Assembly (NCBI GenBank): GCA_002269645.1
Contig: NIVC01002151.1
Span: 124,001-188,000 of the forward strand
Length of the DNA: 64,000 bases
Source of the DNA: Macrostomum lignano
Taxonomy: Eukaryota
Direction: 5' to 3'
The stretch's first letter is position 1. Every line of letters begins with the position of its first letter. Positions 26,981 to 37,261 of this stretch are shown here, piece after piece. The notes beneath the pieces are model-generated. The model was not told the origin of the DNA and made no database searches. It saw only the letters and a program-made list of their open reading frames with translations. A program made the position numbers and the translations under genes.

Positions 26981-27954
26981 GGGCCGTATGAATAAAACGT
27001 GAGAAAATCTTTAAAGATTATCTTTCGAGCCAAGAATTTCTTTAAAGAAATTCTTTTCCGGCAAGAAAATCTGTTGGAGAAAATCTTACGAGTCAAGATA
27101 TTCTAGAAAAGACATGAATAAAAGTTTCTCGGCTCGTGAGATTTTCTCGGCGACTGCCACTTGGCTGAAAGTTGTCTAGGGCCCAAACCAAGATGTCGGT
27201 GACGTGGAATCGACGGCCGTCTCCTCAGGCTTGGGCGCAGCCCATGCTGTGTCTATGGCTAAAACCACGTGAACACCGAAAATCCGTCCAGAAAAATCCT
27301 ACTAGAAAGTGGCAAAATCCATGTGGAGTTTACCTGAACATCAGGTGACAGGAAAGTCACTTTGCTTTGAAATTTTACCCTGAGATTGAGCGTCCTGGCA
27401 TCGAATGGTTGCCAATTTTTTACATGTATATCGTGATTACACCGGATTGAAAGCCAGGGTTGCTCAGGTACCGCAGCGTGATCTCCATCTTCTGTTTCGG
27501 TGTCAGCGCACCGCCCCTTGTCTCGGAAGTATGTCCTAGGAAGCGCGTTGTCAGAAAGGTCACGTGATCCTCAGTGAATCGATGAAGCTGTCTATATGTC
27601 TCCACTGGAGTGGCCTGTCGGGGCAGGTACTCCTTGGTCTTTCTGATCTGAAGGAACATCTCGTGTCTCGTGTATGGGCGCTGAAGATTCGCTTGAGCCA
27701 GAGAAAGAGTTGCTCGCATAAAACTCAAGTGTCGGCTCTCTCGGCGAGAAAATCACGTCTTTTATTCATCAGAAAGCAAGAAAATCTTTTCCTCGTGAGA
27801 TTTTCTTGCCGAGCAAATCTTTTCTTGTGAAAGCTCGAGATTTTCTTGGCGAGAAAATCTTGCAAGAAACTCGCAGTTTTTTATTCTTATAAACGCAAGA
27901 AATTCTTGGATTTCTTGCAAGAAAAAAATTTCTTTTTTTTTATTCATACGGCCC
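26981..27954 (-). mobile_element. PIF/Harbinger deletion derivative
   Basis: 17-bp perfect TIRs (GGGCCGTATGAATAAAA), a 3-bp TSD (AAT) and GAGAAAATCT subterminal repeats. ORF 27420-27728(-) carries the Harbinger transposase N-terminal motif RGGALTPKQKMEITLRYLS...FQ. Excising the element restores the LINE frame (FKK|CIE). Confidence 0.88.
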
Positions 27955-29929
27955 AATGTATTGAACACCAAACTAAGCAGGGATATACAGCCATGTTTTC
28001 CCTACTCCATAGGGTAAAGAATACGTCCCTAGACATCACACTCATTCGCAGACTATTTGACGCGCTTGTTACCCCCGTTATCACTTACGGTTGTGAGCTC
28101 TGGGGCCCTCTGGCTACCATGTCTGATACAAAAGCTATTGATAATATTCAGCTGAAATTCTACAAATATCTCCTCAATCTACCAAAATTTGCTAGCAACA
28201 GTGTGATATCATCAGAACTTGAGCTTACTCCAATCTCTCAACGAATCGCTAAAACCTACCTCATCTACTGGCTGAAGATTAGACACAAAAAACTCTGCCA
28301 AACGACTCCAGAAATTTTCTACTCAAACACCAGCCAAAAAAATCCATGGAAAACAAATGTACTAAAGAAACTGGAAAGTATAGACTTAAAAGCACTAACT
28401 GAAGATAAACTTTCCCAAAGCTTTAATAACGAGAAATACCTAGTGAAAAAGCACCTCAAGATACACAGAGAAAGAGAACTTAGCCAAAAGCTAGAGAATC
28501 AGCAACATATTAAACTCTACAAAAACGCCTATCTCTACAAAAAAATCTGCAGGCCCGACCTTTCAGATTACTTTCCATGCACTTTTAGAAACAAAAAATT
28601 CCTAACAACCCTCCTAAAACTGAAATGCGAAATTACACCCAACATTTTCTCTCATGAAACATGTAGACTGTGTTGAGCGAGAAATGGTTCCGATATCCTA
28701 CATTACTTGACCGAATGTCCACAAACTGAAAAGATCAGAAAAAAATACTTCTGTCAGTACCTCTTAAATGACAAGCAAGTACACAAGTTAGGATATGCTA
28801 CAAATGAAAAAAGAGTCAGAAAAGAGCTCACTGGTGTAGCTAAAATATATGAAGTCATGAATAGCTAAAACAGTTATGCAAACTGAAACAGACATATCAG
28901 CAGTGTAATAAATCCGCTTTTCTTTTGTTTATTCATTTACTGTCTTTTTAATTTCCTATTTAATTAGCATTTAATTAGTATTTAATTAGTTTCCTATCTA
29001 ATACCTATTTAAATCGTCGCTATTCGTTTTAACGTTAAAGTTCTTTCGAAGTTCGTTTTTGTTCATTTTTCGTTCGTTTTTCACGCTTTGAAATATTGCG
29101 CGCTTGCAAAATACTACATCTTTTTACAAAAAACGCTCTTTCAAATACCTTACAAATACCTTACAAATATCGTAACTCGCATCGTAACTCGTGTAAAAAA
29201 TTTAACCTTTTGAACAAATTTAACCTTTTGAACTTAATCGTAATTAAACAACTAATGCTAAAATAACTTAAATACACAGAAATATACTGGCCAAACAGGC
29301 TTCTTGCCTGAGCCAACTTACTACTACTACTACTACTATCTGACATCATCGACGTATAATTTGGTATATCATAAATGATCGAACTCGTATACGGGTTATG
29401 TATAAATGGCTGCTGATTGTGTTCAATCAATTTGGGGGGGGCGCAAACTTCTTAATCTAGGCCCTATCAATATCATGGATTGCCATGTTACATTATCTTA
29501 TCCGATGCCCATCGAATATAGCCTGGCTATTCCAATTTAATAGATTTTTTAATTTTAGCTAAGCCTAGGCGTAGGGGCCACAGCTAGGGCCAGGCCGGTA
29601 GGTCTATATCTGTAAATTTTCTATAGTAAAGCCAGATGGCTATATTTGAACACCTTAAGCATCCATAAAAAAGAAAAAGGGCTAGCTTTGCATGTTTGGC
29701 AATGGCCTACTTAACTTATTCTTTTTATAGCCCAACTAGTAATTAGTAGGCCTAGCCTATAGTTTGTTTGATAGCAAGGCATCATCTAATTATGAATATA
29801 TTGCTTTTTCTAGGCCTTATATAGCCATAGGCTATGTCCTATGACTTGTCAATGTCAATAGTTCTAACATTGCTACTGCTAGTAGTTATGGTATTGTATA
29901 GCACCTCCAGTTAGAATTAGGGAGGGAGA

Positions 29930-30510
29930 TGTAACCAGTCATTTTGCCTTTAAACTGTTTTGGCCATGAACATTTTGCCCCCAGACCATTTTGCCCCCAG
30001 ACTGTTTTGCCTATAGACCATTTTGGCCATGGACTATTTCGCCTTTGAGTCAATTATACTAGTTTGGCTAAGGTGGCAATAAATGCCCCAAATTTGCAAA
30101 AAATCGACAGATCCTATTCTTTTTGTATTTCTGGTATTACCAAACCCTTTCTTTTTTTCTTTTCCTCTGATTAAAATGGCTTATGCCTTATATGCTTTTG
30201 AAAAGAAAGACTTTCTTAGAAAAAAAAAACTTGTAATAATTTATAACCACAATAGACACAAAGACACAATTTAATAATTAATTTGTATTGTAGGCCTACC
30301 AGCAATTCATATTTTATTACATATTAAAACAAAAAATTAGCATTGAAAAAGACAAAATTAAAGACATATATATATATCCAACATCTCTAAATTATATAGT
30401 TACCATTATAGCCAAAATGCCTATAGCAAAACTATTTTATAGACAAAACAAACTATGGGCAAAATGTCTATAGCTGAAATGGTTTAGGGGCAAAATAACT
30501 GGAATTCAGA
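29930..30510. mobile_element. Degenerate element with inverted arrays of CATTTTGCC/GGCAAAATG subterminal motifs
   Basis: CATTTTGCC-type motifs at 29940-30045 are mirrored at 30410-30505. Confidence 0.4.
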
Positions 30511-32029
30511 TGGTTAGAAAGTTAGGCCTAGATTTGTCTTTTGGACTATAGGCCCTACTATTTTTTTACCCTAGTTAGATTGCCTATAGACTATTCATCT
30601 ACTAGTGCTAGGCCTATATAGTAGATAATGATGAATAAATAAATAATACCATTCCTTGCAATGATAATTACTAGCAATACCAGGGTCTAATTATTAGGCT
30701 TAAGTTGCTTAACTTATTATTTTCTTATTAATAGATGGTCTTTTGTAAGTTTTGTTCTAAGACAATATCATTTAACACTTTATACCATATTACCATAAAT
30801 ACTCCTAATCTTGTATATATGTTACTATGTTATATAGTCATTAAAATGTATAAAAAACAAAACTTTCATTTATTAGATAAAGCAGAAAATTCTCTAGGTT
30901 TTTTAAGTCTTTTATGAAATGAAGAAGTACTTAAAGTATATAATGATATTGTAGCACTGTAGCTAAAACTTGAACTTGGGTTGTTTTTCATCAATCAATG
31001 GTCTTTTTATACTTTTGCACATATAACATGGCTTCTAGAAACTATAGTCTTATTTTCACAAACTGTAAGAACTTTCTATTTTATCTAATACCATTTTAAT
31101 AGTTTAAAAGCTTTTAAATAAGCTAAAAATAGTTCCTTAAGTGGACAAAATAAAAAACATTGAGAAAAGAGTTTAACAAACAAGTCAAGACAAATGCCAA
31201 TATATTATAGCTCATGTTATAGTATAGGCTTTTTTAGATGATAAAAAAAGAAAAAGAAAAAATATTTATTGAAATATTTATAAGCTATTATTACCTTCTA
31301 TAAAAGTATAAAAAGTATTTCATTCATTTTATTTTTTAAAGAAATTTTGTCTGTTTAAATTTTCAAATTTTCAATGGCAATTCCAATTGCCATTGGATTA
31401 TTAGGAAAAAAATTATATTGGAAGTTATTAGAGTCTAATAGCAATGACTTGATTTAGCCACAGGGGGCTTTGTATATCCAGATATAGCAAGGTATTGCTA
31501 GCTATTTTGCAATATAATATTATTAAAAAATATTGGTTTTTAGTATTCTAATATCTAAAAGATATCACTGATAGTATCAAAGTATTGGATTTGTGCCCAA
31601 CCAACACTATATAATATATTTAATTCTGCAAGTTTCCTTGTACTTGCAAAAAATTTCTAAGTTTAATATGATTTATGATTAATATTTCTAAGTTTATTAT
31701 GATTTTTAAACTTCCATTTGAACTATTTATCTACTAGTGGATAAATATTCTACTACCCATTAGATGGTCACCCCCTTGCAAATTTTAGAATTAGACCAAT
31801 ATATTCATACACATACATGCGCAACTGCTGGCTGACCTGGCCGATCCGGCCACCGTAAATCGTGGCTGACCAGGGGTAAGTCGCAAAATTGAGTCAACCA
31901 AAAACAGAAAAACACAAGAACCAAGAAAGGCAAGAGGAAAGCGAAATAAAGAGCAGTTCAGGGAAAATGGTGAAGCAAAAGAAAAACAATTCGCAAAAGA
32001 AGCAAACTAAGTTGTAAAAATAATCAGGT

Positions 32030-32660
32030 ACTGGTAAGTCGCAACAGGAATCAGGTAAGTCGCAAAAGAAGCAAACTATGTCGCAAAAAGGATCAGGTAA
32101 GTCGCAAAAGGGTTAGGTAAGTCGCAAAAGGATTAGGTAAGTCGCAAAAGGGTTAGGTAAGTCGCAAAAGGATTAGGTAAGTCGCAAAAGGATTAGGTAA
32201 GTCGCAAAAAGGATCAGGTAAGTCGCAAAAAGAATCAGGTAAGTCGCAAAAGGATCAGCAAAGTCGCAAAAGGATTAGGTAACTCGCAAAAAGGATTAGG
32301 TAAGTCGCAAAAAGGATTAAGTAAGTCGCAAAAAGGATTAGGTAAGTCGCAAAAGGGTTAGGTAAGTCGCAAAAGGATTAGGTAAGTCGCAAAAGGATTA
32401 GGTAAGTCGCAAAAAGGATTAGGTAAGTCGCAAAAGGGTTAGGTAAGTCGCAAAAAGGATTAGGTAAGTCGCAAAAGGGTTAGGTAAGTCGCAAAAGGAT
32501 TAGGTAAGTCGCAAAAGGGTTAGGTAAGTCGCAAAAAGGATTAGGTAAGTCGCAAAAGGGTTAGGTAAGTCGCAAAAGGATTAGGTAAGTCGCAAAAGGA
32601 TTAGGTAAGTCGCAAAAAGGATTAGGTAAGTCGCAAAAAGAAGCAACTAAGTCGCAATAA
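32030..32660. repeat. 20-22-bp minisatellite (GGTAAGTCGCAAAAGGATTA)n
   Basis: About 30 copies. The core GGTAAGTCGCAAAA equals the element's subterminal motif at ~31875. Confidence 0.93.
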
Positions 32661-32924
32661 GAGGGAAGTAAGTCACAATCAGAGGCAATCAGGGGGTAGT
32701 AGGTGCAAGTGTGGCAGGAGAGCAAAAACAGAATAGAAGCCTTCAACAACAGACAAGATCTTTGAAATCAGAAGCCCGCGTCAACAGTTTCCCATTGATT
32801 TCTTAAACTCTGGAGCAGGGGTCGGCAAACTCCGGCTCGCGAAGCCCCTCTATCTGGCCCTCGCCCCTCGGGTTCTTTGAAACTTCCTAACTACGAGTAG
32901 CAAGGTTGGTGTCTCTTCAACTCT

Positions 32925-33535
32925 CATCTCTCTCTTCTTCTCTACCTTGCCTCCCCTCTTCTCTCTCCCCCCCTTTTCCCTCTTCTCTCTCCTCTCATTT
33001 TTACTCTCCTCTCTTCTCCCCCTTTCTCTCTACCCTTTCTCCTCAATGCCCTCTTCTCTCCTCTTATCTTCAGCAAAAATATGTGCATATTTTCTTTCTT
33101 CAAAGTAGAGGGAATAGAAGATTAGAGATAAGCAAACAGAGGAGAGGCGAGCGATGCGATGGGAGAAAAGATAGAAAAGGAGAGAAAAGCTGAGGGAGGA
33201 AAAAGAGATGAGAGAGAAGAGGAGATGAGAGGAAAGAGGAAAGAAAAGATGATGGATGAGATCAGAAGAGAGGAAAGAGGAAAGAGGAGAGAGTAGATGA
33301 GAGAAGAGAGGATAAAGAGGAGATGAGAGGAGAGTGAAGAGAGGAGAGATGAGAGAGTAGAAAAGAGAGGAGAGATAAGATGAGAGAGTAGAGTGGAATG
33401 GAGAGAGACGAGAGGAGAGATAAGAATGTAGAGAGGAGACAGAAGAGATAGGAGAGGAGAGGAAAGAGAGAAGGGATAAGGGATGAGAGAGAAAAGAAAA
33501 AGAGGATGAGAAGATTGAGGAATGGAGAGAATTTG
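32925..33535. repeat. Low-complexity CT-rich then GA-rich tract
   Basis: Direct reading. Confidence 0.85.
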
Positions 33536-33956
33536 CAAAGGCCTCAAATCTTAGTTTAACATGCATTACTCCCATCTTTGCCTTTTTCCTAACTGTTAAC
33601 AAGTTTTTGTTTGAGCATGACTTCAAATTTAGAATCTATGCAAAAATAGTTCCGGGAATTAGAATTCAGTGGTTTAAAAATCTGTGGGTTTTCACAGCTT
33701 GTATCTCTACTGGATTCGTATTCTGCATCTGATGAGCCATCTGAATCAGGGCTCTCATCTTCCATGCCAAATCGTCTAGCAAATCGTTCTTGAGCTATAG
33801 GTCACACTGTATTCACTTCACTTACTTCTGGACATTCATGAATCATGACTTTTGTAGTATGCTCACTACACTGTACTGACAATTTACTAATTGCTTCATG
33901 CCGCCACTAGATGACACTGATTAGCTGTTATAAAAACGCGGAATCTGCACGCAGCA

Positions 33957-34018
33957 CTAATTAGCTGGCGAGGCATTTAGCTTTAAAAATATGGTCATAG
34001 TTACTCCTGCCGTTTACC
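33957..34018 (-). other. Degenerate 62-bp fragment of 28S rRNA domain IV (H69-H71 region), copy 1
   Basis: The reverse complement GGTAAACGGCAGGAGTAACTATGACCATATTTTTAAAGCTAAATGCCTCGCCAGCTAATTAG is 50/62 identical, ungapped, to the eukaryotic 28S consensus as recalled. Confidence 0.75.
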
Positions 34019-34115
34019 TAAAGTTTTTGCTTGGCTCTTTCATAGGTAAGTCGCATTTTTTATCGAAAACTAAGTCGCACGGCCAGCGTAATTTCAGAAG
34101 TTGCGCATGTATGTT

Positions 34116-34356
34116 CATACATGCGCAACCCCCCTGATTTACACTGGCTATGCAACTTACCTGTAAAAGAAACCCTAACGCAATTTTGGGTAAACGGCAG
34201 GAGTAACTATAACTGTCTTATAAGGGCTAAATTCCTCGTCATCTAATTAGTACTACGCCTGTATTTTTAGGCTGGGCATTTTTGTGACTTACCCCTGGTC
34301 CACCACAATTTACAGTGGCCAGATCGGCCAGGTCGGCCAGCAGTTGCGCATGTATG
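34116..34356. mobile_element. Short (~240 bp) inverted copy of the same CATACATGCGCAAC element
   Basis: Same termini as 31812-34113. Its ends mirror both ends of the long copy. Confidence 0.65.
34189..34250 (+). other. Degenerate 62-bp fragment of 28S rRNA domain IV, copy 2
   Basis: GGTAAACGGCAGGAGTAACTATAACTGTCTTATAAGGGCTAAATTCCTCGTCATCTAATTAG is 52/62 identical, ungapped, to GGTAAACGGCGGGAGTAACTATGACTCTCTTAAGGTAGCCAAATGCCTCGTCATCTAATTAG. Confidence 0.8.
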
Positions 34357-34875
34357 AATTTGTTAGGCTAAAAAAATCTATAAAAATGTGCATAATAAAA
34401 AACTATGGTCACCTAGGGAGGGATAGGAGAATAATCACCCTCTAGGGGGGATGGGAAAAAAGTCACATAGGAGCTACAGCCTCCTTTGCCCCATCTCATC
34501 TGTACCACCAAAATATTTATTGCAATAAAAATTTAATTTTTTAATATGTATATTATCATTTCTTAATTTTAAATCAATAAATTTAACATCATTTCATGCC
34601 CATTAGGGCCCATCCTCAAGGCACAGGAAATGTGCTGGTATGTTCTCAGCAGTCAGATGAACAGGTTAAACTGCCTCACCACTCGTTGCTTGACAATTTT
34701 AGATTGCCTGCAATCCATTAAAAACCTTCTATTTAGGACTTTATAGTTTAAAAGTACTGCAACCAATAAACTAATTAGAATCCGACTTATTTGCCGAAAT
34801 AATTAAGTGCATAGTTACTACCGCCTATATACCCTAATAAAATATATATTTAAAATTCAGGCTCAAACCAAGACA

Positions 34876-37183
34876 ATGCCGAACAAGAACAAGTCGGCAG
34901 TGAATGCATCTAATAGTGGGCCGCCTCGGCCCGACAGCAATGACAATAAGAAACAGAAAACTAATAAAAAGCCAAAGAAAGATGATGCCAGCTCCATAGT
35001 TGGCCTGAAGCAGCGCCTGAGCAGCATCCGCAACAAGCAGCGCAGGCAGGCCGCCTACCAGCAGGTCCGACAGGCCGAGCGTAAGGCCAAGGAGGCCGCC
35101 GTGAAGCTTCGCCGACGAAACGGTGCCGACAACGGCGCTGCCGGCCCAGCCAAGGAGCCACACACGCTGGAATCGCTGCGCCTGCCGGATGCCACCATGA
35201 CTGGCCCGGCTGGGGACGCTGAGGTCGATGCTGAGGAGGCAGCCGACGAGTTTGCCGACATTCTTGACGCTGCTGGCGCTGGAGGCGAAGGTTGGCTACC
35301 GGATAATTGCGGCTTATTCTTTCGCCATTTTTACCTAGGGGTGCCATTTTTACATAGGGGTGCCATTTTACCTAGGGATGCCATTTTTACCTAGAAGTGC
35401 TATTTTTACTGGGGGTGCCATTAAGGGTTGCCATATTTACCCAGAGGTGCCATTTTACTCAGGGAGGGGTACCATTTTGTCACATTGGTACTGCCTTACG
35501 CATGGGTTTCCATATTTTTACCTAAGAAGCCATTTTTCTGCAATCGGTCAAACCCGAAAAAATGTCGATTTCCCCACCCCCAGGCCAAGCTCGCCTGCCC
35601 CGCCTGCTGGTCACTCACGCCGACGAGGTCGGCCGACGCACAGCCGCCTTCTGCCGTTGCCTGGCGCGCACCGTCCCCAACGCCGTGTTCTGCCGGCGTC
35701 GCCGACTGCCTCTCGGTCGGGTGCTCGCCGCCGCCAAGGCCAAGGAGTTCACCGCTGTGATGGTGCGCGATAATTTATCTACACGTTTTTGAAATTTAGC
35801 AGCCTGTCTTTATTAAGCTACTGTTAGTAGAGCGAATTGCATTTTTATCTTGTATTTGTAATAACACAGAGCTTGCATATTTATGCCTTTAGTGTTCAAA
35901 GTTACCATGGACTCATTTCGATAATTGATGCTTTATTTAAATCAATAATTTTTTATCTTTAATGGGTTGTAGCCTAGTGATTGGAGCGTCGGATACACGA
36001 CTGAAAGGTCGGGTGTTCGATTCTCAACCCACTCGAAACAGATTGTGTCCTTGAGCAAGACAGTTAACTCTGCATTGCTTCAGTTCACCCAGCTGTAAAA
36101 TGGGTGCCAGCATTAGCTGGGGTAAATTGAGGGTGTGTGTGGCGACCCTCTCAGTCCTTGGACTGAACAGCCGTACGCAGCCTTCAGATGCGCCGCGCAA
36201 TAGCTGCGGCTGAGCTGTCGGTTGCACATCTGGCCATTAGGGCAGGTGTAATCAATTATTAATATTCTTTAAATGCACTTCTTGAATTCGGAATCAATTG
36301 CAGCTCGAAAGATCTTACGCTTAATTCAGTGTTGAAAGTTAATTAATTTCGATACATATCGGCAGTCGATCTTTTTAACGCCTTCTTAAAGACAGACAAA
36401 TCAGAAAAATCTCCAGTGTTTAAATGTACTTTTCGATACATATCGTTAAATCAATTTTCAATCTAATCTTGATTTAATATTTCGCAGATTTAATAAAAAT
36501 CCCCATTCTGAAAAAAGTTCTTTTCGATACATGTCGGTAATCGATCCTACCTAGGTTAGCAATGCCTCAGATCAGAAAAAAATCCCTGATTCTATTTGAT
36601 GTACTCCCAAAGTCTTAATCGTAGGTCGGAAATCATCCTGTTTTTAACTTTAATTTCGATACATATCGGTAACTTTGGTCTAACGCAGATAATTGGCGAG
36701 CACGACAAGAAGCCGTGCACCGCCCTGCTAACCCACCTACCGGCTGGGCCCACCTTCGCCTTCCGCCTGTCGAGCGTCCGGCTGCCCCGCGAGCTGCCCC
36801 GCCCGCCCGAGGACGACAAGCCGGAGACTGTGGCGCCGCAGGTGCTCTGCAATCGATTCCACACCCGTCTGGGCCGTCGGGTCGCCCGCGGCCTGGCCGC
36901 CATCTTCCCAGGCGCCAGCGGTGTGGCGCCGGCACGCCCGTGTGGTGACTTTTCACAATCAGCGCGACTACGTGTTCTTCCGGCACCATCGCTACATCCT
37001 GCGCCAGCCTGGGTCCGGCGCCAAACCAGGCGCGAAGCCGCGCTGCGCTCTGCAAGAGGTCGGGCCCAGGTTCACCCTGAAGCTGCGCTCGCTGCAAACC
37101 GGACCGCTTGCGCCGGCGGCGGCTACGAGTGGCTGCACAAACGGCACGAGATGGACCAGAGTAGGAGGCGCTTCTTTCTCTGA
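34876..37183 (+). CDS. RPF1: Ribosome production factor 1 (Brix domain); exons 34876-35290, 35584-35762, 36689-37183; last exon has a +1 indel (~36938) and a -1 indel (~37110)
   Basis: IRNKQRR...[11 protein letters not shown]...DEFA...RLLVT...[10 protein letters not shown]...FHTRLG...[19 protein letters not shown]...[10 protein letters not shown]...YEW...RRRFFL-stop is the RPF1-type Brix signature, including the long N-terminus. Splice sites are GT/AG. Confidence 0.92.
35325..35520. repeat. ~19-bp degenerate minisatellite (GCCATTTTTACCTAGGGGT-like) in RPF1 intron 1
   Basis: About 9 diverged copies. Confidence 0.8.
35964..36250 (+). mobile_element. tRNA-derived SINE with a conserved central domain (Deu/Nin/CORE-like)
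   Basis: A-box TAGCCTAGTGA and B-box TGTTCGATTCT, followed by GTGTCCTTGAGCAAGACA...CACCCAGCTGTAAAATGGGT. A second copy lies at 43380-43586(-). Confidence 0.85.
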
Positions 37184-37261
37184 TTTTGGCGCCACCTGGC
37201 GTGTCTCACACCGGTTTCTGCTGGCTAACTGACTGCCTGCCATTGTGCTTCCTCACGCGAT

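Larger units (their letters stand above)
26230..28900 (+). mobile_element. 5'-truncated, decayed non-LTR retrotransposon (L2/CR1-group-like RT), interrupted by two insertions
   Basis: Frames yield FVDYEKAFDS...KGVLQGNPLSTILFELYIDD...LLFADD...LKVNASKTK...EFKYLGIIF...LFDALVTPVITYGCELWG...CRLC. A frameshift occurs near 26435. Confidence 0.88.
31812..34113. mobile_element. Unclassified TIR element (termini CATACATGCGCAAC), long copy; contains a minisatellite and a 28S-rRNA-like segment
   Basis: CATACATGCGCAAC at 31812 and GTTGCGCATGTATG ending at 34113. The left ~75 bp mirror 34280-34356. Confidence 0.65.

Noticed and set aside
32816-32880. hAT-like terminus CAGGGGTCGGCAAAC
   Set aside because: No matching opposite TIR or TSD was found in the window.
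33957-34250. Functional rRNA gene
   Set aside because: Only 62-bp diverged fragments with broken H69 pairing and no flanking rRNA sequence.
35964-36040. tRNA gene (also 43515-43586)
   Set aside because: The tRNA-like heads continue into a shared SINE body, and no complete cloverleaf was evident.
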